Shown here one piece after another: positions 1 to 11,623 of a stretch of 60,914 nucleotides of DNA (its first letter is position 1; each line of letters starts with the position of its first letter). Location of the stretch: NCBI GenBank assembly GCA_000934665.2, contig KZ538580.1, positions 1 through 60,914 on the forward strand, read 5' to 3'. A program made the position numbers and the translations under genes. A model generated the notes under the pieces. It worked only from the letters and a program-made list of their open reading frames with translations. It was not told the origin of the DNA and ran no database searches. This DNA is from Catajapyx aquilonaris (taxonomy: Eukaryota).

Positions 1-45
1 CCCCCCCCCCCTGGATCCGCGCCTGGTTGCAATGAACCGGGTAGA

Positions 46-534
46 GTGAAATGGGTATGTACGCAACGGAACATCGCATCACGTATGGGAGTGTCCGTGG
101 CAACTGTGAATCGCATCATCCGGGAAGATCTTCGGCTGGAAGCCCGGGACGTCAACAAAGTGTGGTTGCATGCATCAAGACAAAAGGCATCAAGTCATAC
201 GTCACGTTTAACGGCGGCCTTCATGGACAGAATGTCTCAAGAGACTGGGATACGTGCCATACCATTTTCTGCAATCCCCGTCAAATCTCCTGATGCATCC
301 CCCATGGATTTCTGTGGATTTGGAGTCCTAAAACGAGCCCTTGGAAGTCGGTGCCCCAAGTCAGTGGCTGGGCTCTGGAAAGCTTGCCTCGAGAAATGGG
401 ACGCGATGGACCTCGTATCTTTGCAACGCAGCCTGTTGCAATGGAAACTCCGTTGTCGGGCGATAGTACTGAACCAAGCGGGAAGCACATCGAGCATAAT
501 CGCTGGTGTGGCGACGAGGCTTCACGTAAGGTAA
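46..534 (+). mobile_element. Decayed, internally deleted Tc1/mariner transposase fragment
   Basis: The ORF has an HTH-like segment (RNIASRMGVSVATVNRII) and IPVKSPDASPMDFCGFGVLK, equivalent to the Tc1/mariner (W)PPxSPDLxPxD motif around the third catalytic residue. It is too short to be intact. Confidence 0.8.
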
Positions 535-560
535 ATCGACCATTTCAAATCGGTCACATA

Positions 561-1574
561 CAGGGTGGACGGAAAGTTTCGTACCCCCCTCCAGGTTTTT
601 TAACCCTACTTTTCACAGCGTCTTTTCACATCTTTTAAAAGTCCACAAGCAGTTCTAATGTACACTATCTTTTGAAGCATAATCTTGAGAACATCTGAGC
701 ACCTTCGCTCTCGCAATTCCATTAATAACTTCGCCTCTGTGACTCATCTAAACATCCTATCTGTTTTGCGTTTATTTTGCTTGTTGCCTTGGAGGACACC
801 TGGTCATATTCTGCGTCAGGTAAGGTTTTTATGACCCTTTTCCATGAGTTCCCCTTCATGCAAATGTTGTGATCTCACTCCTAACCTTATTTTTCGCATT
901 GGTCCATAACCTGATCCAATAAAAATTTGAAAAGGAATGCATGAAATGGCGGACCCGGATGCATTATTTTCGAATTCTCACATTGATACCATCACATTTG
1001 TCTCCATTTTTACTTTAAAATAATTTTTTGGAGGGAAAGGACAGTAAACAGTCCTACCTTGGTAAATTAATCAACATGACGTACATCCTTTCGTTCACGT
1101 CCTTTCGCACCAAAAAATTATTTTAAAGTAAAAATGGAGACAAATGTGATGGTACCAATTCGAAAGTAATGCATCCGGGTCCGCCATTTCATGCGTTCCT
1201 TTTCAAATATTTATTGGACCAGGTTGTGGACCAATGCGAAAAATAAGGTCAGGAGTGAGTTCACAACATTTGCATGAAGGGGAACTCATGGAAAAGGGTC
1301 ATAAAAACATTATCTGACGCAGAATATGACCAGGTGTCCTCCAAGGCAACAAGCAAAATAAACGCAAAACAGATAGGATGTTTAGATGAGTCACAGAGGC
1401 GAAGTTATTAATGGAATTGCGAGAGCGAAGGTGCTCAGATGTTCTCAAGATTATGCTTCAAAAGATAGTGTACATTAGAACTGCTTGTGAACTGTTAAAA
1501 GATAATATGAAAAGACGCTGTGAAAAGTAGGGTTAAAAAACCTGGGGGGGATCCGAAACTTTCCGTCCACCCTG
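561..1574. mobile_element. Foldback MITE of Tc1/mariner type with ~470-bp inverted arms
   Basis: TA|CAGGGTGGACGGAAAGTTTCG ... CGAAACTTTCCGTCCACCCTG|TA. Arms 561-~1030 and ~1110-1574 are near-perfect reverse complements around an ~80-bp spacer. Confidence 0.92.
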
Positions 1575-4500
1575 TATTAGACGTGAAACAACCGTGTATG
1601 TCATGTAGGCTATCTATTTTGTGCAAGAGCATATCAGGCATGATTACCAGTTTCCGCCTCTGCATTTTATGATGCAAGAGATCTCTGTCATCCTTGCAGT
1701 TCTACAAGTGATAATTCCTGGAACTTCCTGGAGGGTAGCATTTGTCTGGTATTGCTACCAAAATTTCAGATGCTCTGAAGATGAAGAGGAGAACGGCAAG
1801 TCTCCCTAGCAAGAAATAAAATAAAACAACTACGGTATGACTGTGGTCCAAAGAAGGCCATTTTTCTATACAAGTATACTTCTCGCCTGCAATCAACATA
1901 TCTTACATGACGGCATACATACCTTTGACAGTATATATACACTGTGGGGATATAATATTGGTCCCGCTGAGTGACCCATCACGTCTCGAAAACCTTCGGA
2001 ACTTTACGGGACCCGGGGCCACTTGCAGAGGTTTTTTTTAAAAAACAAATCATTATGCCATGAATTTTAAAATGAATTTTTACACTTTCGTAGCGCTTAT
2101 GCGTGTTACACAGATTTAAACAAGATATCCAACGACACTGCGTGAATTTTTTGCATTATCCATTCCTGAGATATCCGTCGTCAAGCACAGAGGAAGTTGT
2201 TTTTTTAAAAATGTACATTGTACATACAGTAAGAGTCAGAATCGGAGCGGAAATCCATATAATAGTTCGATTTCAATCAAGACGAATGCTTTCTTTTGCC
2301 TGTAGAAAGGTATCGACAAGAGCGTGAATTGCTTGAAGAGAATCGTTTGATCGCTTCCCAATGGAGTATCTACACTATTTCAGAGACTTGCGCAATGTGA
2401 CACGGAAAAGCTCCCATAAATATCTTGTCGTCTCACCTGTCGTCCCCTATTCATTCTTCACTCACTGAACCTGCTGGAGATACTTTTCCCCGTCATTGCC
2501 CTACTTCTGTTGTTGAAATGGGTAAGTTCACAAGCTTATTGCTTGCAGAGAGAGTTGATAGCCATAAACCTTGCTTCGCCTATTCATAAGTAGTGTGGTT
2601 CCGATTTATTTCCTACTTGTGTTGTTTATTACAATGGTTCAAAAAATATTTATTTTTTTACGGGAATGAATAGTAAAATTAGTATTGTCAATGAATAAGT
2701 TTGGTAACAAAAATAATCTGCAACACATCTGGACAAGGCTCACATACAGTACATTATTCATAGACCACATTCTTTTTGACCCCGATAGTAACATACATTA
2801 CATCACCGTGGCACTGCATTTTACGCTGGAATTGGCCAATTTTCCCACACTATATCGGGTGAGCCAGAACTGCAGGTTAACCATCCGTCATTGGCTAGAT
2901 TTGTCAAAACCAGTCTTCTAAGGATGAGAAATATCAAGACACTAGGGGACTAGGCGATAAAGCCGTAGACGACAATGATCGTGACTCGGTGCAATGCCGG
3001 TGCCAATTGCCGAACGTCCGTAATAGTTTACGTCGTAACCAGTTGGTTTCTCTACATTTTTCATGATTGCATCTAGGGGCCAATCTTGCTACTGTCGTAT
3101 GTCGGCTGGATGATCTGAAGTTCTGAATAATGACCCTATATACTGTAATTCCGGTGTATCGCGTGGTATACCGCATGAACCTTTATAGCATATGTCATGC
3201 TTTTTTTGAAACTGGGGAAGGAGAATAACGCCAAGGGAGGCGTCGCGTCGTTTCGGGCAATATTTCAAATCAGCCCACTATTTATCGTAGTCTTGGAAAA
3301 ATAAGTGATTGCAATTCTGCCGAGACACGTCGCGTCGCGTCGCTGAAACTCAAAATGAATTGGACGAAATAGGACAGCATTTTTATGAGTACATCATGGA
3401 CGTTGCCGAGGCTAAAATTGTTGATCAATGCTCACTTTTTAAAAAATTCTAATAATAATCGTATGGCCCATTTATGCGGCCTACAATCAGGCGACCCACT
3501 TTGGCTCCTTATCGCCAAAAAGAAAAGTGACATTCGCCAGTACAATTCTAGCAGAGAATAATATATTTATTATTTGATATTTGATAAGGGAACGGCCCAC
3601 CTGGTGAGTCGTTGATATCCAGCACTACTCCCTTCTTGAACTATGAACGTATAGTGCACCACCAGCTGTATAGTGTATTGTTGACAAGTGCACCGAGCCA
3701 GGATCATGTGCATCATTATTTTGAATCACAAAAGAAATCTACGATTATTTTAGTTCGCGAAGGAATCCAGAATGAACAGTAGGCCTATCTGTCAATTTTT
3801 ATCCTGATATGTTGGTGATCCGTTCCACAGAGGAGGCGTGAAAGTTGCTCTGAATAGTCAGGATGAAAGATTTGTTTGTATTTGCTGGAAGTGGATGGAC
3901 TCTGATATTCCAGGGACGTAAGCGCGGTGTTTCTATTACGCTGTTATGTATATTCATTATGTATAGTAAGTCCAGTGTATCATTATTATGCCTTGTGAGC
4001 CGAGTACTTGCCCATATTTGGTAATAGGGTGGTGTTGGGTTTAGAGACTTTTCCTGGAGTTTTCTAAGTTGCTTGTGACATGTTTTTTATTGTCACCATT
4101 CGCGCACAAGCCTGCTCCTCTCCAAGTGCCAATGCCAAGCAATACGAATCGATCAATATAGAGAGTGATTCACTGTTCAAGAGGGCGGTAGGTCAAAGAG
4201 TTATGGATTGTTCACAGCAGCTGCAAGAAGTTTAAAGATAAGAAGCCTGCTGAAGAAACACTCAGGGTCTTATTAATTTTTCGTGATTGTTTTTTCTCAT
4301 AAGTCCCTGATTTTACATCAGCGTCAAGATACTTTTTATCCCAGGAAATTGAAAAGAAATGCCAATACCTTTTCTCACTGCCGCCAAATTGCCAGTCTTA
4401 TGGCACAAAATAATGGGCAGGAGATACCGGGAAGAAATTACCGGGAATTATATTATCGCGCCCGTCATTTTCGAAAAGTATAATTAGTTACCAGACTAAG

Positions 4501-5512
4501 TTATTTAGCCACAAAAGTAACGAAGCAACGTACAAATGTTTTAAAGTAACTACTTAATGATAACGTGTTACTTCTACGGTATTCACGGTACAAGTTCATG
4601 TCATTAGATACTGGTTAATTTAGTTGATTATACATATGGTGAGTTGAACTCATTAGACCTCTGTATTTGACAACTTTATTTAAATTTATTAAATTTATTC
4701 GCATTATTTTAAAATGGCAACTCTGCTGTAATATTATTAGCGTATACGGTACGTATCATGCCAACTTCTAGGCCGAACTCCTGGGTGTCAGAGGAAACTT
4801 CATTAACTGGTGTCATTCGTTACAGACGTAATGAGCTTAAAACACAATGCATCAAATATCCTGACAGGTGTGCGTCACTCCGCGCTACTTTGAATTTTTT
4901 AAATTAAATAGGCATTACCCCTGGTGTTGCCATATCTGGGCCAGTTACACTGCTTTGATTAGTCTCGCAACTCGCAATGTAGACGAATATATATCAGCAA
5001 CGATTGCTGGTTCTATTTCCCCCGATGGTGGTGGTAGCTTGTAGGGGCTTCCCTTCTTCGACGATCCTGAGAGCTATATCTGCTGTAGCTTCGTCTACAA
5101 GCAGAGAGATAACCTTCCCAATCAAACAATTCTATTCCAGAGAGAATTGAGTCGGGACCCAGCACCTGAGACTTCGGAGAACTCAACTTAGCGCATAATG
5201 CCATCCTTCCACGACGATAAAAAGAGTCTGGGCAAATGGCTGGGCAGTAGGTTGAAATATCCACGATACAATTTTCACTTCTTCCGGAAATTTTAATAAA
5301 GACGTAGTTAAAGACAAGTGATTCTGGAAAACAGGCAACATATCCTAAATATTGTGTTAGAACGGTCTTTGCTGACATTGTCCAAAAGCAACGTCGTCAG
5401 GTACCGTAAAATTCGGCGATTTCCAGACATTTTGAAACTGATCATCCAAGGTGGTATTGGTCTCGAGAGAGTGTGACTGATATGTTCTAATTACTGCAGT
5501 GTTTCCAATTAA

Positions 5513-5533
5513 ACACACACACACACACACATT

Positions 5534-5589
<56 letters not shown>

Positions 5590-5620
5590 ACACACACACT
5601 CACACACACACACACACACA
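5513..5620. repeat. (CA)n microsatellite
   Basis: Directly visible, about 100 bp with a few interruptions. Confidence 0.97.
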
Positions 5621-6270
5621 GACCTGCCTTCACTAAGGTGTGGGGACGTGGAAACTGAACTTTTCGTAGCGAGTGTAACCTAACCTAACCTAACCTAACC
5701 TAACCTAACCTACCCTACCCTACCCTAACTAACCTAGGCTGAGAGAAATGGACTTTTGTGAAACCCTGCAAAACGAAATAGTGGGGACATGTCCCCACTG
5801 TAACGGTGATATTCTCGTGGGTCAAGCTGTGGGGACCGAAAATGTCCCCAGAGTTACAGTAACACACCTGTTTCCGTCCCCAGACCTTATTGAAGCCAAG
5901 ACCACACACACACGTTTGCGGATTGGCAAGTGGGGACATTGATTGACACACTTCATTCAAACCTACACTAACCTAACCTGACCTGACCTACCCTACCCTA
6001 TGTAACCTAAACTAACCTACCAACCTAACCTCCGCTGAGAAAATGGATTTTTAAAAGACCCATTTGTAGCCTGGACGTCCCCGCAAAACAATAATTTCAG
6101 TTGTGGGGACCCAAGAGATTCCCACAAAAAGGAAAATGTCCCGACGGTTATAGTAAAACACCAGTTTTCGTCTCCACGGTTAATGGACTGCAGGCACAAA
6201 ATTATAACCTGCACTACAATCATGTTCAGTGTGATTCACAATCGAGGCGTTCCCCACAAAAGAAGCCTAT
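5621..6270. repeat. Interspersed repeat with (TAACC)n blocks and reiterated GTGGGGAC/GTCCCCAC motifs
   Basis: (TAACC)n-like tracts at ~5677-5735 and ~5969-6030, each followed by GCTGAGA(G)AAATGGA. GTGGGGAC or its complement recurs at least 8 times. Confidence 0.65.
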
Positions 6271-6814
6271 GTCATTGAGACCATTTTTTTCAGGAGATGA
6301 GAAAAACTACTGTCTATGTCAATGACTTCTTTTCATGGAACCAGGTCTTCTTGTACCCTTCACAACTCCTGACTCAGGCACTTTTCACGGACATCGATGC
6401 TACCAAACTGTCGGGCTGGTTGCGAACTATCAGAATATATGTTTAACTCAATTTCCGACATTTCATGACATAGGCTGTTTTTGTGGGGAACGCCTCATTA
6501 TCCTATTCTTCTGCTGCATACAATTTATTATCGCGAACGTGTGAATAACATGTAATTCTTGGTATACTCAATGTATACACACATCATTTTGTGCTCAACA
6601 CATAAGGGTCTGAGAGTGGCCATAACAGCAAGCATTTAAAAAATACACTTTCAAGGTGGACAACTAAATTATTCAACCAAATTACTTGAATATTTCTATA
6701 AATGTTTGGCATGTAGTGTACAAAAGGGTCAATATTTGCTACAGGTCCGAGTATGGTAACGAAAATTGGTATTTGCAAACTACTTATTTCCTGCATTCTC
6801 TGACAATGTGTATT

Positions 6815-7168
6815 TTTTTATTTTTTTATTTTTTTAATTTACCCCGTGCCAGGCATCAATGGCCTATTTGGGGGGTGGCACACCACCATCAGTTTTCTCT
6901 GTCATTTTTCTTCAGTCACCGGTGCAAGGAGTCAAGGATGTAGGGTACGGGTAGGGATTTTTGGGTAGGGAACATGGGGTGCAAGTGCATTGTCTACAAC
7001 ATGGGTCATGTGCTGTCCCCCAGGAGGTTAGGTTGCCAGACACCTCCTTGGTGCAGGTCAGAGACCCTCCCGACGCAGGTGAAAGGAAAGTTCCCCAGGC
7101 GGGGATCGAACCTGGGGCCTTTCACTCAGCAAGCCGTGACGTTACCATCACGGCCACCACACCTCCCC
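6815..7168 (-). mobile_element. tRNA-derived SINE
   Basis: Minus-strand head GGGGAGGTGTGGTGGCCGTGATGGTAACG...CCAGGTTCGATCCCC (A/B boxes), A-rich tail at ~6815-6840, and a 12-bp TSD ACAATGTGTATT at 6803-6814 and 7170-7181. Confidence 0.9.
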
Positions 7169-8829
7169 AACAATGTGTATTAAAACACTGTAATGTCTAG
7201 ATATTTCATCACAAATTTTACAAGATAATAATTTTTCTATCATTACCGTAATGACCAATTAATTTTTTAAAATACATACCTATTAATGCTAGCAAGTATA
7301 CTGTATGGGTAGTCTGTGCTACCTTATCAGTATGTTTCAGAAGCTCATGCTCTTCTATGATTACTGAAGTATAAATAATATTACAAAAAGGTACTAGTAC
7401 AAACTTCAGCAAGTCCTAATGACCCATGGCCTCGCGGAAATAATTACAGACATTAATGGTGGCCTGTCTTTAAGTAATACAGTAACCACTAACAACTGAC
7501 AAGTAAATTGGGCCATGAAAGCCTCCACTAGAGGCGTTGAAGAGTTCTTTCATAGCAATGACAACCATTTTCAGAGAGCTATCACTCTTCACAATAATCC
7601 TTTTCATTATTTGTTCACTTGGATTGTACTGCAAATGCATCTACATAATATCTGATCACACAGGTTGCAGTCTTCTGCAATAGTACTACACAATGCCAAC
7701 ATCAGGTTTGCAAAATAAATAATTCTGAGAGCTAAAATGAGCACCTGAAGAGTGCAATCAATCAATAAATGATGTAATCATTATAGTACTGTGTAAAGAG
7801 GTCTAAGCAGCTGAATAACACTTAATGTTCATCATTCAAGATTGCTGACTATTGACAGAGCTAAATAAACTTGAAAAATAAGGATGGTTTTAAGATGACT
7901 ACTACATGAGCTTTATTTTAATGGCCCTACATACACAAAAATCAGCGTTAAATTGTAATAATTATGGTCATACAAAAAATCAGATTTTTTACTCAAAGTT
8001 GCATTATAAGATTCACCCTTGAGTAATAAGTATTTTGACATCCAATATAATTATTTTTAAATTACCTTGAAAGCTTTTATTCTAATAGCACAATTTGAAT
8101 AACACCAGTCACATACATAATATGTTATGCAGGGTGATTATCTGCCATTTGACGGTCCCGAAAGCAGGGACAGATGGAAGTTGATAGAAAGATAGAGTAT
8201 TCACTCCTGACGATGTAAACAACATCAGTGGCATGCAAGGAGGTAAAGGGAGACCAAAGACTCGTAATGAGTATGGACTGGAGCTCGAATGTGGTCCAAA
8301 GTGAATATACTACATAAAGTCTCTCCTCCTCCTCCCCCCCCCCCACCCCCCACCCACCATGTCATTCAGATTAACTAACACTAGGGACTAACACTCTGTA
8401 ATCTATACATTATACTTACATCCAGAATAATTATTATACTGTAGGCCTACATAAAATATTATTTGTTTCACTTGAGGAATCTGTTCAAAACTTGTTGAAA
8501 AAAACTATTCTTATTACGTACAAGGCCCCCCAAAAAACCAAAGCAGATACTTTAAGGTGGAAATGAAGCTAGAGTCACTCAATGAGAATTTTATGAAAAA
8601 AACATATGTTACGCAGTTTTGTGTCCTCTTATCAATGGCGCAAAGAAAAATACACGTCACCGTGCAAATTAGCGAACCGGAGGGCTCAGAAGTTCGCGAT
8701 TTAACATGGGCCCTTATGGCAGAATTTTCAATAGTCCACAAAAAAATCATAAGTAAATGAGAATTTTAAAATTAAATGTGGAATATGTCGGGACTTATAT
8801 ACTGATCGCAACCGCAAAAAGAAAACCCT

Positions 8830-9440
8830 ACCTCACCGTGCTCTTTCAATTTGTATTGCGGAAAAACGATCCGAAAATGATCCAGTGACGTCACCTTGCT
8901 CCACTCGAGTGAAGCAGTGGCAACACTGCGTTGTTTACGGTAGCGAGATACGGTTGCATACGACCGCGAAATATGAGTGCAAGTTAGTATGATGGTTTTT
9001 ACAACGGCTCACACAGTATTTTCGTTTGGCGGGGGTGTTTGTCAGACGTCAGAACCGTTATATTGGTTTATATAGTTATAATTATAATAGAATAATCGAA
9101 TGATTCGAATCCACACGGCAATGCCGTCACATACTGCTACGCGATAATTGGCCCGGACCTTTGCTGTGTTGCCGATTCTACCTGTCACACGCGTACCAAC
9201 TGAACGTGTTCCAAATCCGACACAAATGAAGAGCTACAGGCTCCCCTTTCGGAACTAAACTTTTAAAAATGCCTCTACAAATTGGGACCTCGTACTGACG
9301 ACCGAATAAAATCGATTTCCATCAAAAATAACAAATATTAAGCACACCTCCAAATACCATGTTTAAGTTGGCAGCCGTGACAATTGCGCCTGCGCACAAA
9401 AACTTGCCGCCGGAAATGGGCCCATATTAAATCGAGTTTA
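8830..9440. promoter_or_regulatory. CpG-enriched, possibly bidirectional promoter region
   Basis: CRE palindrome TGACGTCA 8886-8893, TGGCAACACTG ~8918-8928, NRF1/Ewg-type TGCGCCTGCGCA 9385-9396, ETS-like CCGGAAAT 9410-9417, and a minus-strand splice donor (GTGAGG) at ~8831-8836. Confidence 0.5.
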
Positions 9441-10038
9441 AAACGCAGATTCGAATGGAATGCATAGGATTGAACAGCATTTACTGCTGCATCGGTTGCG
9501 TATGTTTCCCTGATTTTAGCCCTTCTTATTAACATTCCAATTCTAGACTCTCATTTGATTAGCAAGTCGCTTCATTTCCACCTTAAATCACTTCATATAT
9601 CTCAATCAAATATGACAATAAAAAATTCGAAATGACTTTTGAATGTAACATTGTAAGCTGTGAGTTATATCTCAGATTAATGAGGAAATCTCCGATTGTC
9701 GGATTAAGTATTGTGAATATCTCTAGGCCCACATAACCTGATTTTCCCTTATTTACATTCATGCAAGCAGCCCTGAGAATGTCACATTGATAATAATCAG
9801 GTAATCAACATTAGTTTGGCCATAATCAACCATCAATTTTATTACACAGAAAACTGGCCATTTCTTGAAGGCATCATATACCTGTATACTGATTGATTGG
9901 ATTTCGTTGTTGTTGATATAGCTGTTTGGTGAATGAAGGCACCTTGCCCCTCAAGGTGGAGTCTTCTTGCCACCAGCAACTGGTCAGCACTGCATTTGAT
10001 TTTGTTAGAAATTACTGTGTTTTGTCTCCATATTGCAG

Positions 10039-10362
10039 CTATTTCAGGTGGTTCCATAAATAGAAGTCTACTCCTCATTTTGGCCCTCAGTTCTTGCCTA
10101 GTTGTCTGGTCTAAACCAACACCATGGATCGAACCAGTGGAAATGTGCATCCTCACCTGCGACTACTGCTACAAGGTATCTCTCTGAGGAATTGGATTTT
10201 TTACTGGCATTCAATTGAAGAGTTTATGGCCAACCATGTGTTTAATTCCAGGATGACTTACTCCTAAAATGTGCCAATGAGTGCCTCTTCTCAGAAGGGG
10301 TGATGGATTCAGCCTGGCATGAGACATGCCCTTTTCTTGGAAAAGCAATTTACTGGAAATAG
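10039..10362 (+). CDS. Secreted six-cysteine peptide precursor with an eclosion hormone-like scaffold (5' end uncertain)
   Basis: Exon ~10039-10175 (…SLLLILALSSCLVVWSKPTPWIEPVEMCILTCDYCYK), a 76-nt GT..AG phase-0 intron at 10176-10251, then exon 10252-10362 (DDLLLKCANECLFSEGVMDSAWHETCPFLGKAIYWK*). Hydrophobic signal-like stretch followed by C-x3-C-x2-C-x8-C-x3-C-x14-C. The start may be ATG 9933 (unspliced) or an upstream exon at ~9632-9659. Confidence 0.72.
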
Positions 10363-10587
10363 TTTCGATTCCCCATCTAAATGTCCTCCCTAACAGGACG
10401 AGACACCAACTTAATTATTCGATGTAAATTTTATGAGGGCAATGGGGGTAGCAAGGTCAACATTTGAAATATCATGTAATCTGATCTTAGATGTGGTTTC
10501 CTGATGTTTGGCATTATTGGCATATTGTTGTTACAAACAAGTAACTCAAGACCTTGTACAATTGACTCATTATATTGTATGCCTGTA

Positions 10588-10835
10588 CAGGGTGTTTCTC
10601 ATTAGTCTTAAGATCCCACTGCTAGCGTAATTGCTGGCCCAAAACTTCACCAAAAAATGCAGAGGTGAGAAATGTCAAAGAACAACAGGCAACAATGTAG
10701 ATTACCACACATTTGCCTTCCCTAGACACAAGTGATAACACACATTGCAGGCAGAACAGCTGTGAAAATGAAATGGTTGCCTAAGGAGCAGGATATGAGT
10801 GTGACAGTAACCTCTATCACACTCATATCCTGCTT
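10588..10835. mobile_element. Degenerate copy of the CAGGGTGTTTCTCA MITE family
   Basis: TA|CAGGGTGTTTCTCA terminus and internal TGGTTGCCTA.GGAGCAGGATATGAGTG shared with the element at 12497. Confidence 0.65.
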
Positions 10836-11623
10836 TTCCTTCATTCCTTAATGACTGATGGTAAGCAGACATGTGAAGGTATCAGCTGGTATGTTTGTCA
10901 AACGTTACACAAAGTCAGAGAGCACCATGAGTATGCAGGGTATCCCAAATACGTGAGCTTGTGAACCTACCTTTAAACACAAAGCCAACTGTAGCAATCT
11001 GTTATCGCTACTTGATCCACATCATGCACATAAAAGGCAATTTGCACAAACAATATCGTTCAACTCTTAGTCCACCTCATACTCTTGCAATCATGAATAA
11101 TTACTTTAACTTCAAAAATAAGGTTACAGTTCAAATTATTTTTCAAGATGTTCAAAAATAAAATTACCTGATTTGCAGGTGCTGCATTATTTTTTCATAC
11201 GGTTGCAAGTTTTGCCCCCCAAAAGCCCTCCACTTATACATGTATTGATTCCACTTGTGGTTCCAGTAGTAAAATAAAATGCATGACAAAAATATGTTGA
11301 ACTGATTTATGCTCAAGTACAGTATGCAATCTTAACATACATATGAAATGTTGCTTACAAATAGTACCAAAGCCATGTGCAACAAGTTATCAAAACCCAG
11401 TCTTTCCCATTCATGCTATCACCTTTTAATTAGTCCTGCCCATTAACCAAAAAGTCATATTATTACAACACATTGGCCCAAAAACAAAGCAAAAATTTTG
11501 GTCTGTTACATGCGGAATGTCAGTAGCATATTCAGCTTGTACCAAAGAAAAACAAAAAGACATTCTCAAGTATAAAACATAAATACTGGTCAAGCTAACA
11601 GCTGCTCCTGTAACAATCCAATC

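Noticed and set aside
5357..5960. ORFs with CVCVCV and a CPHC motif
   Set aside because: Translations of the microsatellite and the GGGGACATGTCCCC palindrome of the repeat element.
7770..7840. Possible C/D-box snoRNA on the minus strand (ATGATGA)
   Set aside because: No properly placed D box or terminal stem found.
9842..10156. 104-aa minus-strand ORF
   Set aside because: No recognisable features; overlaps the better-supported plus-strand peptide exon.
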